Positions 36,987 through 47,671 of a DNA stretch of 64,000 nucleotides are shown here, in pieces. Numbering within the stretch: position 1 is the stretch's first letter; every line of letters starts with the position of its first letter. Source of the stretch: Candidatus Magasanikiibacteriota bacterium (GTDB lineage: Bacteria > Patescibacteriota > Patescibacteriia > Magasanikbacterales > GWA2-37-8); NCBI GenBank assembly GCA_017991415.1, contig JAGOQR010000002.1, positions 17,026-81,025 on the forward strand. Reading direction: 5' to 3'. A program made the translations under genes and the position numbers. The notes under the pieces were generated by a model. It did not search any database. It saw nothing but the letters and a program-made list of their open reading frames with translations, and was not told the DNA's origin.

Positions 36987-38393
36987 TTATAATTTATTTC
37001 CTGGTAAAAACGGAGATCCGACAGATATAATACTATAACCTTTTTTTTGCAAACTTTCAAACCGACCTTGCAATATTCTTCTGCCATCCATTACTAAATA
37101 TGGGGCACTGCATACTTTTTCTATTTTTTCTCCCAGCAAACTAAACTGAGGCCAATCGGTCAAGATAATACAAGCATCACTTTGTTCAAGAGCTTGCTCT
37201 TCACTATCTGTATAATTTATTTTTTCGTCCCGAGAACCATTCTTGGATAAAAACGATTTAAACATTGGCAGAGCGGTAGGGTCATATACTTTAATTGCAG
37301 CCACTCCGTCAGCTATTAAATGATTAACAATATCAAATGCAGGAGAATTTCGAACATCATTAGTACCTTGCTTAAATGCAACCCCTAATATTGCAATTGT
37401 TTTTCCTTTCCAAGAAAAACTTGCTTCTTTTTCCGCTCGACTATAAAAATAGTCTCGCTGAAACTTATTTTCTTCTAAGGTTAGACGCACCTGATGAGCC
37501 CTACCTCCAGCTTCCTCTATCTGATGGGCCAATGAAGCGGCGTCTTTTATAAAACAGCTCCCTCCCGCATAAACACTGTCATAAAAACCCCAGGTGCCAA
37601 TACGAGGGTCGCTTGTAATAATTTTACGCACATTTTCAAACCGTACATCAGCAAACGATTCACAAACTCTCCCCATAACGCTAAACGTATTGGCCAATCT
37701 ATTAAACAACAAAAAATTTGCTAATAACTTACCAGCTGCAGCCTCAAATGGGTTAACTTCAATATATTGAATGGAAGTCGCATTGTGAAAACGACCGTAA
37801 ACCTCTCTCATTACCGCAAAATCCTTTTCACTTTCTGCCCCGATAATAATTCTATCTGGCCGCACAGAACCTTCCATAGCCTTACCCTCTACTAAGAATT
37901 CTGGATTAGAAACTACACCAATATTTTTTACACCATGACTATTCATTATATTACTTGTTTCTCTAACCATATTTATCGGCACGGTACTTTTATTTACAAT
38001 CACAACATACTTACTTTGCTCGCCATTATTTCTTTTCAATAAATTATCAGCCAATTTTTCCGTAGCCTGGTAATAAAAAGAAAGGTCAGACTCACCTTCT
38101 GAATTATTTTTTTCAGGTGTAGGTAAACATAAAAAAATAGCATCAACTGATTCTAGGCTTTCAATTACCTCGTCATAATTACTAGAAAATTTTATTCTCT
38201 CTTTATTTAAAAGCAACATTTCTCCCAGCCCTTTTTCAAATAAACACGACTCTATCTGATCGATATCATTTGAGCCTAATTTTTTTATTTTACTGTCATC
38301 TATATCATAGACAAGCACATCATGCCCAGAATCTGCCGAGATAGCAGCTGAACAAGTCCCCACATAACCAGATCCTATATATAAAATTTTCAT
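36987..38393 (-). CDS. UDP-glucose/GDP-mannose 6-dehydrogenase family protein
   Basis: MKILYIGSGYVGTCSAAIS N-terminal NAD motif. Catalytic Cys region GGSCFIKD. Confidence 0.65.
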   Translation of the reverse strand: MKILYIGSGYVGTCSAAISADSGHDVLVYDIDDSKIKKLGSNDIDQIESCLFEKGLGEMLLLNKERIKFSSNYDEVIESLESVDAIFLCLPTPEKNNSEGESDLSFYYQATEKLADNLLKRNNGEQSKYVVIVNKSTVPINMVRETSNIMNSHGVKNIGVVSNPEFLVEGKAMEGSVRPDRIIIGAESEKDFAVMREVYGRFHNATSIQYIEVNPFEAAAGKLLANFLLFNRLANTFSVMGRVCESFADVRFENVRKIITSDPRIGTWGFYDSVYAGGSCFIKDAASLAHQIEEAGGRAHQVRLTLEENKFQRDYFYSRAEKEASFSWKGKTIAILGVAFKQGTNDVRNSPAFDIVNHLIADGVAAIKVYDPTALPMFKSFLSKNGSRDEKINYTDSEEQALEQSDACIILTDWPQFSLLGEKIEKVCSAPYLVMDGRRILQGRFESLQKKGYSIISVGSPFLPGNKL

Positions 38394-38437
38394 ATATTAA
38401 TTATAGATAAAGCCAGAATTTTTTAATTAAACAATTA

Positions 38438-39295
38438 TTATTTTAAATAATTCATAAGCAACGCAACTGCCATTCTAATTTTTATTCCCAGCCAAATAAT
38501 AAAATTAAAAAGTATATTATACTGGCTATAAAAATGCTTTTTATAATACAGCCACATTGATTCATAAAAATTAACCAGTGATTGCACTCGGCGCTTGCCG
38601 CTACTCTGACCACCAAAATGAATTATTCGTGCGTCACTTACATAGACTGTTTTCCAGCCCTTATCAAACACTCTCTTAGAAAAATCTAAATCTTCACCAT
38701 ACATAAAAAACATCTCATCAAACCCACCCAACTCTTGATATACTTGCCTACGAAACATCATGGCTGCCCCTGATAGCGCCTGGGTAGGGCCAGTAATTTC
38801 TGGATCAGAAGCAAACTGTTTGTAGTTATTTATCACCTTATTTTGTTTAAAAATTTTGGTCAAACCGAACAGATGAAAAAAGGAATTTATCGGGTTTGGT
38901 AACATACGACGACAAGCATGCTGGAAACTCAAATCTCTATTTAGAAGACGGGGGCCTACCATCATAGTATCAATGTGCGAGTCCAGATAGCTTACTAATT
39001 TATTCAGAGCACCGTCTAAAACTACAACATCTGTATTTAAAAACATGAGGTAATCCCCTTTTGCTATTTTCAACCCTTGATTATTAGCTTTACCAAAACC
39101 AACATTTTCTGTATTTGCGATAAGTACTACCTGCGGAAATTCAGCTTTGATCATTTCTACACTGCCATCAGCAGAATTATTATCAATAACAATTATCTCA
39201 AAATCAAACCCTTTGGTTTCTTTCAAAACAGAGGCTATAGCATCTTTTGTCAACTCTTTTGTTTTCCAATTAACCAAAATAACTGATAATTTCAT
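38438..39295 (-). CDS. family 2 glycosyltransferase
   Basis: IVIDNNSADGS...FLNTDV GT2 motifs. Confidence 0.6.
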   Translation of the reverse strand: MKLSVILVNWKTKELTKDAIASVLKETKGFDFEIIVIDNNSADGSVEMIKAEFPQVVLIANTENVGFGKANNQGLKIAKGDYLMFLNTDVVVLDGALNKLVSYLDSHIDTMMVGPRLLNRDLSFQHACRRMLPNPINSFFHLFGLTKIFKQNKVINNYKQFASDPEITGPTQALSGAAMMFRRQVYQELGGFDEMFFMYGEDLDFSKRVFDKGWKTVYVSDARIIHFGGQSSGKRRVQSLVNFYESMWLYYKKHFYSQYNILFNFIIWLGIKIRMAVALLMNYLK

Positions 39296-39312
39296 ATACT
39301 ATAATTACCTTT

Positions 39313-40278
39313 TTACGGCTCAAATTTAATCTTCCCAGTTTTTCTTTCGTACACACCCACTGGCCAACCACACATCTTAGCAAGATCTCCATAAGCCACT
39401 AATATAGGCACCAAAATAAAACCGATTATCTTTTTTAAAAAAGATAAATGTTTAGAGAAAAAAATCCATCGTAGCCAAAATCTTCTTACATAGTCTAAGA
39501 ACCCTAATAAAAATATAAGCATAAACCACTTACTAACAGATAGCGATAAAAACAACAAAATAATATTTATGAAATAATAAGTATATCTTATAATCTGCCT
39601 ACGCAGCCACAGCTTACCATGCCCATCACTTCTAGTATACCCAAATAACTGTTTAAAATAAGTTTTTAGAGTTGTTCGAGGTCTCCAAAAAACCAAGGGC
39701 TCACGAACATACTCTACCTGTATGCCAAGTTTGAAAATCTTAAAATCAAAGACCACATCTTCACAAAGCGGGATCCACTCTGGATACCCACCTGCTTTTT
39801 CCCAAACCTCTTTTTTAAAGGCAACCGAGCGACTTGATGGCAGCCATCTTTTACTAAGTTCAGCAGGTGCAGGCACTGTTGCGGCTGCAATTCCATAGAC
39901 GAGCAGACCATCTTCTTTTTTAAACCATGGACCAAATCCAGTTGTAACAAAAATGCTTTGGCCAGATAAAATAGGATCGGTGATTTTTCTAAACCAATTG
40001 ATATCATAATTACAACCCGCATCTGTTACCACAATAATATCACCTCTTGTTTTAGAAATAGCAAAATTACGACCAGTTGAAATATTACCAGGGTGCTGAA
40101 AAACAGTAATTAAATTATTTTGCTTACTCTTCTCGACCAGAAACTCCCAAGTCCCATCCTGTGAACCTCCATCTACGATAACTATCTCATCTGGTAAAGA
40201 TGTCTGAGACAGAACACCTTCTAGCCAATCAGGCAGATTATTTTTTTCATTTAAAACTGTAGCAATAAGTGAGATCAT
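39313..40278 (-). CDS. family 2 glycosyltransferase with C-terminal TM segments
   Basis: IVIVDGGSQDGT...VVTDAG GT2 motifs. Hydrophobic C-terminus. Confidence 0.55.
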   Translation of the reverse strand: MISLIATVLNEKNNLPDWLEGVLSQTSLPDEIVIVDGGSQDGTWEFLVEKSKQNNLITVFQHPGNISTGRNFAISKTRGDIIVVTDAGCNYDINWFRKITDPILSGQSIFVTTGFGPWFKKEDGLLVYGIAAATVPAPAELSKRWLPSSRSVAFKKEVWEKAGGYPEWIPLCEDVVFDFKIFKLGIQVEYVREPLVFWRPRTTLKTYFKQLFGYTRSDGHGKLWLRRQIIRYTYYFINIILLFLSLSVSKWFMLIFLLGFLDYVRRFWLRWIFFSKHLSFLKKIIGFILVPILVAYGDLAKMCGWPVGVYERKTGKIKFEP

Positions 40279-40305
40279 AGACTACCCTATCTTTGTTAAA
40301 AAATA

Positions 40306-40788
40306 TTAACCATTTACTAAATCCCAAGAATACGGAATTTTCTTAGACAATGGATCAAGACGAGTAATTTCTTCTTTGTCATGCGGCAAGGTGGCACAAT
40401 TAGCAACAATAACTGGCGTAATACTAATGCATTTAAATCCGTTCCACACACCTGCTGGCACTTTAACCAACAATCTATTATCCTCTCCTATATATATTTC
40501 CATCAGGTTACCTTTTGTAGCACTCCCCTTACGATCATCATATAAAACTAATTTTGCCATACCATAAATTGCGCTATACATAAGCGCCATTTCTTTATGT
40601 AAATGCCAAGCTTTAATTACGCCTGGATTAGCTTTTGAAAAATATATCTCTCCAAATTTCTCAAAAATAGGATTATCGTTACGTAACATATGATAAATAG
40701 CCCCGCGCTCATCGGGAATAACAGTAAGTTTTTGTATTTCCACGCCCTCAATAGGGCCTCCCGTAACACCAAATAGTTGGTCTGCCAT
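40306..40788 (-). CDS. cupin-fold dTDP-4-dehydrorhamnose 3,5-epimerase-like protein (RmlC family)
   Basis: RmlC-like cupin core (DERGAIYHMLR...KAWHLHKEM...LYDDRKGSAT). Confidence 0.45.
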   Translation of the reverse strand: MADQLFGVTGGPIEGVEIQKLTVIPDERGAIYHMLRNDNPIFEKFGEIYFSKANPGVIKAWHLHKEMALMYSAIYGMAKLVLYDDRKGSATKGNLMEIYIGEDNRLLVKVPAGVWNGFKCISITPVIVANCATLPHDKEEITRLDPLSKKIPYSWDLVNG

Positions 40789-40791
40789 ATA

Positions 40792-41736
40792 TTATAATTT
40801 CTTAAAGTTAAGGTGGTAATCAATAGTTTTTTGCAGACCCTCCTCTATTCCAATCTTTGCTATCCAACCAAGCTCATCATGAGCTTTTTTTCCATCACAA
40901 GAGACATAAAAAATCTCATTCTTTTGATAGGGCTTATCATATCGCACCAACCCAGAGATTGCAAGCTTATCTTCTAAGATATGGATTATATTTTTAATCG
41001 AAACAGGCTTATTACTGCCGACATTAAACACGACATGATTCGACTTTTTTGATATCGAAAAATCAATCGCTTTTATAAAGGCATCTACAACATCACTCAC
41101 ATACGTAAAATTCCACTGCTGCTCCGAAGGAGTTAATTGGATCTCTTTTTTATCAATAAAATTTTTAATTAAATATGAAAAAAGTTTTTCATTATCTTTA
41201 GGGCCATATGCTGAAAATATTCTTAAATATACCGATGACAAGCCGTACCAACGAGCATAATCGCCTAGCAAATCATGCACCATTAACTTTGTACGTGCAT
41301 ATAGGTTATACGGCTTAACAGGTGATGATTCGGAAAGAATGCTTTTATGCTCTAGATCATACTCAAAAAAACTACCTGCCGAGACAATTGATTGAACATT
41401 ATATTTTATCATAATATCCAGCAATGTTGCAGGAAAAACAATATTAGCATCCATAAGCTGTTTAGCTTCCGCAGATGAGCTGTGATATTTTATATACTTG
41501 GCGGCTAAATGAACAACACAATCAATTGACTGCTCTACAAATGCACGCTCCATATCTTCAAGCGTATCGCTGTATATTTTTATATTTTCATGTTGAAGCA
41601 CGTCTTTTATCCGCCATGTATCAGAATGAGCGCGCACAATTACAGATACAACACAACCTGATTCTAACAACTCAGCAACCAAATGGGACCCAATGAAGCC
41701 TGTCGCCCCCGTAACCAAAACATGCTGTACTTTCAT
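40792..41736 (-). CDS. NAD-dependent epimerase/dehydratase family protein
   Basis: VLVTGATGFIGSHL Rossmann motif; YxxxK (YARTK). Confidence 0.55.
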   Translation of the reverse strand: MKVQHVLVTGATGFIGSHLVAELLESGCVVSVIVRAHSDTWRIKDVLQHENIKIYSDTLEDMERAFVEQSIDCVVHLAAKYIKYHSSSAEAKQLMDANIVFPATLLDIMIKYNVQSIVSAGSFFEYDLEHKSILSESSPVKPYNLYARTKLMVHDLLGDYARWYGLSSVYLRIFSAYGPKDNEKLFSYLIKNFIDKKEIQLTPSEQQWNFTYVSDVVDAFIKAIDFSISKKSNHVVFNVGSNKPVSIKNIIHILEDKLAISGLVRYDKPYQKNEIFYVSCDGKKAHDELGWIAKIGIEEGLQKTIDYHLNFKKL

Positions 41737-41746
41737 AGATTTAAAT

Positions 41747-42628
41747 TTATGACAAGAAATTTTTTAACCGTTTAACCAGCAAACTAAGAGGTCCTAGTAT
41801 TACCACTTCTGCAATAATAGCACGCCGCCTCCACCCCGAATAATGCTTTTTTACAAATAGAACGAGGCTCTGTAGGGTTAGCTGTAGTCGGCGCTTATCA
41901 TACCGAGTCTTAAAACTACCGCCATACACGTGCATCACAGGATCACAATTGATAACAATACATTTCCAACCAGCTTTACGTAACCGTAAACATAAATCAG
42001 TATCTTCAAAATACATATAAAAATCTTCGGCCATAAAACCAACATCACTCACTGCTTTTTTTCTTAAAAAGATAGCTGCCCCCGTAACATAATCGAGCTC
42101 GAGTCCACTCGCAGGAATTGTCTGAGGAAATATTCCAATTTGTTTAATTTTTTGCCTGAATGATACAGGCAGCAATTTACTGACTGGCAATAAATATAAA
42201 AACACATTAAGCGGTGTAGGAAAGAAGCCACCAACTGATTGCAGCGATTTATTGGGGTATACGAGCTGAGGACCAACTGCACCAACCTCTGGATGAGATT
42301 CTAAATATGCATATAGTTCTTCGAGGCTATGAGCGCCTGTTTCTGTATCACTGCTAAGCAACCAGACATACGGCTGTGTCGCAAACTCACGCATAGCCCG
42401 GTTATTTGCCCCTGCGTACCCTAAATCTTTTTCATTTTGAATATACTGTACCTGGGGGAAAGCAGCGCGCAAATATTTTATAGTTTCGTCACCAGAATTA
42501 TTATCAATAATAATTACCTGTTGTGGCAAAGAAGCTGAGGCATACAAAGCCTGCAATGCTTTCATGGCAAACTCTTTTGTTTTATACGTACTAATTATGA
42601 CAGATACTGGCAAAATTTTCTTTTCCAT
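41747..42628 (-). CDS. family 2 glycosyltransferase (tandem paralogue A)
   Basis: GT2 motifs. Strongly similar over its whole length to the next gene. Confidence 0.6.
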   Translation of the reverse strand: MEKKILPVSVIISTYKTKEFAMKALQALYASASLPQQVIIIDNNSGDETIKYLRAAFPQVQYIQNEKDLGYAGANNRAMREFATQPYVWLLSSDTETGAHSLEELYAYLESHPEVGAVGPQLVYPNKSLQSVGGFFPTPLNVFLYLLPVSKLLPVSFRQKIKQIGIFPQTIPASGLELDYVTGAAIFLRKKAVSDVGFMAEDFYMYFEDTDLCLRLRKAGWKCIVINCDPVMHVYGGSFKTRYDKRRLQLTLQSLVLFVKKHYSGWRRRAIIAEVVILGPLSLLVKRLKNFLS

Positions 42629-42638
42629 ATATCCATTT

Positions 42639-43517
42639 TTAAATAAAAGATTTAAGTTTTTTAAAAAACAAACTAACTTTAGACAAAATAAAAATCTCTA
42701 TCAAAATTCCTATTTTTTTTGGACCTGTGTAGTAACGTTTAACAAAAAAAACAAGACTACTCAAAAATAACCCCAAACGTCTCTCGTCATACTTTGTTTT
42801 AAAACTACCCCCATAGACATGCATCACAGGATCTGTATCAATAGCCCGTATGTGCCAACCTGCTTTTTTTAATCGCCAACACAGATCTGTTTCCTCAAAA
42901 TACATAAAATAATCCTCGGAAAGCAACCCTACTTGATCGAGTGCTTCTTTGCGTAACAAACAGGCAGCCCCTGTCACATAGTCTAGCTCAATACCATCTT
43001 TTTGGATTGGCTGAGGGTACAAAGCAATACTTTTAAATGTATACAGAATTTTTTTTGGTAAAAAAATAGTAAAAGGCACCAAGTACATAAAAACATTTTG
43101 TACTGTTGGAAAAAATCCTCCTACTGATTGCCACTCGCGGTTTGGATATACAAGCTGAGGACCAGCAGCAGCAATCTTCGGATGTAGGGAGATAAAATTA
43201 ACCAATTCTTCCAAACTTTTTTTACCAGTTTCAGTATCGCTATTTAAAAGCCAAATATACGGCTGGGTAGAAAATTGTCTAATAGCCTGATTATTAGCTT
43301 TGGCAAATCCTAAATTTTCCTTATTAGCAATAACCTTAATATAAGGAAATTCACGCGCCAGAGCCTCTATGCTACCATCCTGCGAGTCATTATCTACCAG
43401 AACAACTTCTGCAGGCTCTACACTTGAATTATATAAAGCCAAAATAGCCTGCCGCGTCAGCACCAAAGTCTTATAGTTAACTATCACCACGGTAACTGGA
43501 ACAACTTTTTTTTCCAT
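42639..43517 (-). CDS. family 2 glycosyltransferase (tandem paralogue B)
   Basis: Shares QPYxWLLxSDTETG, SVGGFFPT, LDYVTGAA, DPVMHVYGGSFKTxYDxRRL with 41747..42628. Confidence 0.6.
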   Translation of the reverse strand: MEKKVVPVTVVIVNYKTLVLTRQAILALYNSSVEPAEVVLVDNDSQDGSIEALAREFPYIKVIANKENLGFAKANNQAIRQFSTQPYIWLLNSDTETGKKSLEELVNFISLHPKIAAAGPQLVYPNREWQSVGGFFPTVQNVFMYLVPFTIFLPKKILYTFKSIALYPQPIQKDGIELDYVTGAACLLRKEALDQVGLLSEDYFMYFEETDLCWRLKKAGWHIRAIDTDPVMHVYGGSFKTKYDERRLGLFLSSLVFFVKRYYTGPKKIGILIEIFILSKVSLFFKKLKSFI

Positions 43518-43523
43518 ACTACC

Positions 43524-45770
43524 CTATTTAAGAGTTAACAGATACACTGCATACTTATAGTCATAGCTTTGCCTACCAGTTAGTCGCTGTTTAAGCTTTA
43601 ACAAGGTAGGATCTGTCGGAACAGATTGAAATGTATCGACTACTACAAAACCATTTGGAATCTTGTCTGATGTGCCAGCGGATTCATATGCGCTATCCCC
43701 ATCAGAGCCAGTCGTAAAAAACCAAAATCGACTTTCTCCTACAATTGAACCAGCAAATACTTTTTCAAGATTGATTGGTGTTAAATTTTGAAAATATGTA
43801 TCTTTATAAAAATCATACAAACCAATACCCGCATCACCATTAATAATCAAATAGTCCCCTGTTCGTGCGTTGTTTTTTACAAATTCATAGCCTTTAAAAC
43901 CATTAAAATAACTTCCATTGATATACTGTGCAGACTGATAAAAATTATATAGGCCGCAGAGCGATACAACTACCATAGCGCCTAAAATAAAATATTTTCC
44001 TATACGATTCTTAACCTGCCAAGCGATTGTGCTTACCAGCATAATAAATAAGGGGAAGGCTACAAAAACATACTTAGGATACACGATAAAATTATATCGT
44101 GGATTAGCATAATTTAGAAAAAGCACATTCAATATAATTGAAGAAAAAAATAGGTATAGCAGAAGGTATGTTGGCTGGGAAAAATTCTTTCTATACAAAC
44201 CTCTTACCAAAAAGAACAGCAACGTAATCATAGTTACTACTCCCAAACCAAAAACTACCCAATTCCAAGGCAATATATTTTCCCCAAAAAAATAAGAGTA
44301 AAAATGAATCAAAAAATCGGATACTTTATCTATCAGAGATCGGCCTAGCAAGCTTGCTTTTTCAAAGCCCTTATCATGCTGCTTAAAAATCCTGAGATAA
44401 AATAGGTATACAATAGGTAAAAATGAAGTAGCGAGCGCTGCCTGACCAAGAAACCATTGTTTGATTACCATAACCCTGGTCGTTCTTATAAGAGTATAAA
44501 AGTAGTAGAGATTAACTAAAACGACTTCATATATGAAATGAGGCATATCAGCATAGCCAAGAAGTGCTGCAAAAATTAAAAATTTTATGAATGATTTTTT
44601 TTCATACCCCTGTAATATAATTTTGCAAAAATAAAACAAACTTACGAGCATCAAAAATCCAGACAGACTATGATATCGAGCCATTTGTGAAATAAGCAGA
44701 AAATAAGAAGAAATTGAGGTTAAGAATACAGTCCATCTGGCCAGCACCTTGTCCTTAAACAATAAAACAGAAAAATAATACACGGTAATTAATATGCCAA
44801 GACCAGATACCATAGAAACCAACCTAATACCGAGCTCCTTAGCGGCAAATAATTTATAAGAAATGATTACTAGAAGATAATACAGTGGCGGATGATTATC
44901 AGGGACTTTAAAGTATGCACGTAAAAAATCAATTGGATTTGGATTCTGATACATATACTCCAAAACAGCCTGCTCATCCATCCAAAAAGACCGCGCACTC
45001 ACCCTATATAAAAGCAAAAAAAGACCTAAGAGTAAAAGCCCTATAAAATACAAACTACTTTTATCATCTTGCAGCAACCGAGCCACCTTATAAAGAGAAT
45101 ACTTGGCAATCTGACCAAAAAATAGGAAGTATTCACTATAATTTAATTTTGAAGTGCTAAATTTTCTGATTCTAAATACAAACGGTATTTCTTTGAAATG
45201 GGTATACCTGGCTTTAACCAAAATTTCTAGTAAAATCTTATACCCTTTTGTTTCTAAGTTAACCCCGTCTAGAATACTCTTTTTAATAAAGAAATAACCA
45301 CTTAACGGATCCTTAACCTTGGTTAGTTTTGAGGCAAAAAATACCCCTACATTTGATACTAATTTTCTCCACCATTTCCATTTTTCTACAGAGCTCCCCG
45401 GGCTAAACCTACTACCAATAGCAACGTCTTGCTGCTCTAAAGAAAAAATTAGATCATTTAATATTTTTGGATCGTGGCTTAAGTCTGCATCCATCACACC
45501 AACATACGGGCGATTTGATAATGCAAAGCCCTCAATCACTGCACTGCCGAGCCCTAATTTACCAGAGCGATGGATAACCTGAATAGGATATTTTTTTTTC
45601 AAGTCTTCAGCCACAGCGCCAGTTCCATCTGGAGACGCGTCGTCAACAAAAATAATCTCCGCATCGATTCGAGCCCTATCCAAATTACTAAAAATTTCTT
45701 CTACCAATAATGGCAGATTGAGAGCCTCATTATAGGTAGGAATAATAATTGATACTTTCATCTCTGACAT
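43524..45770 (-). CDS. fusion: polyprenyl-phosphate sugar synthase-like GT2 domain (Dpm1/ArnC-like) + large polytopic GT-C-like membrane domain
   Basis: N-terminal 230 aa carries VSIIIPTYNEALNLPLLV...FVDDASPDGT...GVMDADLSHDP. It is followed by about 500 aa with 11 or more TM helices. Confidence 0.5.
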   Translation of the reverse strand: MSEMKVSIIIPTYNEALNLPLLVEEIFSNLDRARIDAEIIFVDDASPDGTGAVAEDLKKKYPIQVIHRSGKLGLGSAVIEGFALSNRPYVGVMDADLSHDPKILNDLIFSLEQQDVAIGSRFSPGSSVEKWKWWRKLVSNVGVFFASKLTKVKDPLSGYFFIKKSILDGVNLETKGYKILLEILVKARYTHFKEIPFVFRIRKFSTSKLNYSEYFLFFGQIAKYSLYKVARLLQDDKSSLYFIGLLLLGLFLLLYRVSARSFWMDEQAVLEYMYQNPNPIDFLRAYFKVPDNHPPLYYLLVIISYKLFAAKELGIRLVSMVSGLGILITVYYFSVLLFKDKVLARWTVFLTSISSYFLLISQMARYHSLSGFLMLVSLFYFCKIILQGYEKKSFIKFLIFAALLGYADMPHFIYEVVLVNLYYFYTLIRTTRVMVIKQWFLGQAALATSFLPIVYLFYLRIFKQHDKGFEKASLLGRSLIDKVSDFLIHFYSYFFGENILPWNWVVFGLGVVTMITLLFFLVRGLYRKNFSQPTYLLLYLFFSSIILNVLFLNYANPRYNFIVYPKYVFVAFPLFIMLVSTIAWQVKNRIGKYFILGAMVVVSLCGLYNFYQSAQYINGSYFNGFKGYEFVKNNARTGDYLIINGDAGIGLYDFYKDTYFQNLTPINLEKVFAGSIVGESRFWFFTTGSDGDSAYESAGTSDKIPNGFVVVDTFQSVPTDPTLLKLKQRLTGRQSYDYKYAVYLLTLK

Positions 45771-45773
45771 AGA

Positions 45774-46931
45774 TTATTTAATAGTACTAAACCCCTCTCT
45801 ATTTTGCCAAAAATAGTGCCAACTGCAAACTATATTATTATGACACTCGTCAAGAATAGTAAAAACATGAGCATATCGTAAGGTATTTTGAAGAATATAC
45901 GGTGCTACTACCAAAAGAATAATCACAAAAATACTGACATACTTCCAAAATTTTCCTTTTTTAAATAGTTCATACAAAGCATATACAGCTATAGGTAAAA
46001 ATAGCCATGCGGAAATAAATACTGTTCGAGCAATAAATACTGGCCAAGAAAAATATGAAAAAGATGTGGGTAGTATGGCTAACAAATATACTCCTATATC
46101 TTTATCAACACTACGGCGATTTTTATAGAGCAACCCTAAACCACAAATAACTGGAATCCAGACTAAATTATAAGTACTTACATTTACACCAAACCAACGT
46201 ATAAATTTATAATTATCTGGACCCCAGTACTTCCATGTATCAAGAATATATGTAAACGAAGAAAAACCTATCTCCAGACCTCGCAACGAATTGATTACCA
46301 TAGTAATCAGAGGGAAAAAAGCAAACAATACTAGATACTGAATTGTTCTTTTTAAATTATTATTCTCTAATAAGATAATTATCCCTGCAAAAACTGCCCC
46401 CATGGCACCAGATTCTTTTGTAAGCATGCCAAATGCCACCGAAACACTGCTGAGCAGCAACCAACCATTGTGTTTTTGTTCTCGCCATCGCCAAATGGCA
46501 TATATAGTAAGTACACACCAAAAATAACCTCCGATATCTTGCACTTGGGTTAAGCCATATCGAATCATGGCATAGTTTGTAGCTACAAGTAATGCAGTTA
46601 TAAAACCAATCCATTTATTCTTAAAAACCCGAGCAACTAAAGCATGGGTAAGAAACAAGAGGCCGAAGTAAAAAATAATATTTATAACAATAATACTTTG
46701 TGCAGGAGATAAGAAAAAAAGAAGCTTGGCGCCCACAAGCGGATAGAAAGGCACCATATATCGATTAGGTACTAATACTTGGCTTTCACCTTTGAAAAAC
46801 TCAACCGTACTAATAAAGGTATCTGTATCATTGTTTGGATGAAAACCAAACGCAACATAAAAAATAACCAGATTTAAAACTCCAATAATAAAGAGCGCTA
46901 TATGTAGACTATTTTTTCTAAAAAAATCCAT
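45774..46931 (-). CDS. polytopic membrane protein, GT-C-like glycosyltransferase candidate
   Basis: 10 or more TM helices. No soluble domain. Confidence 0.3.
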   Translation of the reverse strand: MDFFRKNSLHIALFIIGVLNLVIFYVAFGFHPNNDTDTFISTVEFFKGESQVLVPNRYMVPFYPLVGAKLLFFLSPAQSIIVINIIFYFGLLFLTHALVARVFKNKWIGFITALLVATNYAMIRYGLTQVQDIGGYFWCVLTIYAIWRWREQKHNGWLLLSSVSVAFGMLTKESGAMGAVFAGIIILLENNNLKRTIQYLVLFAFFPLITMVINSLRGLEIGFSSFTYILDTWKYWGPDNYKFIRWFGVNVSTYNLVWIPVICGLGLLYKNRRSVDKDIGVYLLAILPTSFSYFSWPVFIARTVFISAWLFLPIAVYALYELFKKGKFWKYVSIFVIILLVVAPYILQNTLRYAHVFTILDECHNNIVCSWHYFWQNREGFSTIK

Positions 46932-46953
46932 ACATGTATAGATCTATCTTGAT

Positions 46954-47670
46954 TTAATATGTTTTAATACGCCATTTTAAAATAGTCCACAACACAACCA
47001 ACCCGTCTCGATATCGAATTTTTTTTCCTTCAGCAAAAGTTCTTGGGTTATAATGAATAGGAACTTCAATAATGTTGAGCCCCTTTCTAAATAGCTTACA
47101 CAATAATTCAATATCATAGGCAAAACCATTGGCTTCAATTGGCACATGAGCCATAAGCTGACGAGGAATTATTTTGTAACAAGAAAAAAAATCCGTGCCT
47201 CGACGATTATATAACAGATTGATACTAGTAATTATGAGTTTATTGCCCAAATAGGTAAGCGGATGCGGATGAGACCAGCCCGTTCGATAATTATTTGGAC
47301 CATTAAACAAGACTCGTGAACCAACACTAATGTCTGCTTTTTTTTCAAGCACTGGCGCAAGCAAGGCGGCTAAATCTTCTGGATCATATTCAAGGTCAGC
47401 ATCCTGAATAGTGATATAATCCCCTGTTGCCTCAGCAATACCTATTTTTACGGAAGCACCCTTACCGCTATTTTTCTCTTTAAAAATAACTTTATAGGTG
47501 TTCGCTATATTTTTTAAAATCTCTTTAGTACCATCTATTGAACAATCATCAACAATGATGATTTCTTTTTCACAATGAGGTAACACAACCTGATCTACTT
47601 TTTTTAGTATTTCAAGAATTGTATTTTTCTCATTATAAACTGGAATAACTATGGAAAGCTTGACAGACAT
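46954..47670 (-). CDS. family 2 glycosyltransferase (polyprenyl-phosphate glycosyltransferase-like)
   Basis: MSVKLSIVIPVYNEKNT...IVDDCSIDGT...IQDADLEYDP. The ATG at 47670 is preferred over 47694. Confidence 0.6.
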   Translation of the reverse strand: MSVKLSIVIPVYNEKNTILEILKKVDQVVLPHCEKEIIIVDDCSIDGTKEILKNIANTYKVIFKEKNSGKGASVKIGIAEATGDYITIQDADLEYDPEDLAALLAPVLEKKADISVGSRVLFNGPNNYRTGWSHPHPLTYLGNKLIITSINLLYNRRGTDFFSCYKIIPRQLMAHVPIEANGFAYDIELLCKLFRKGLNIIEVPIHYNPRTFAEGKKIRYRDGLVVLWTILKWRIKTY

Positions 47671-47671
47671 A

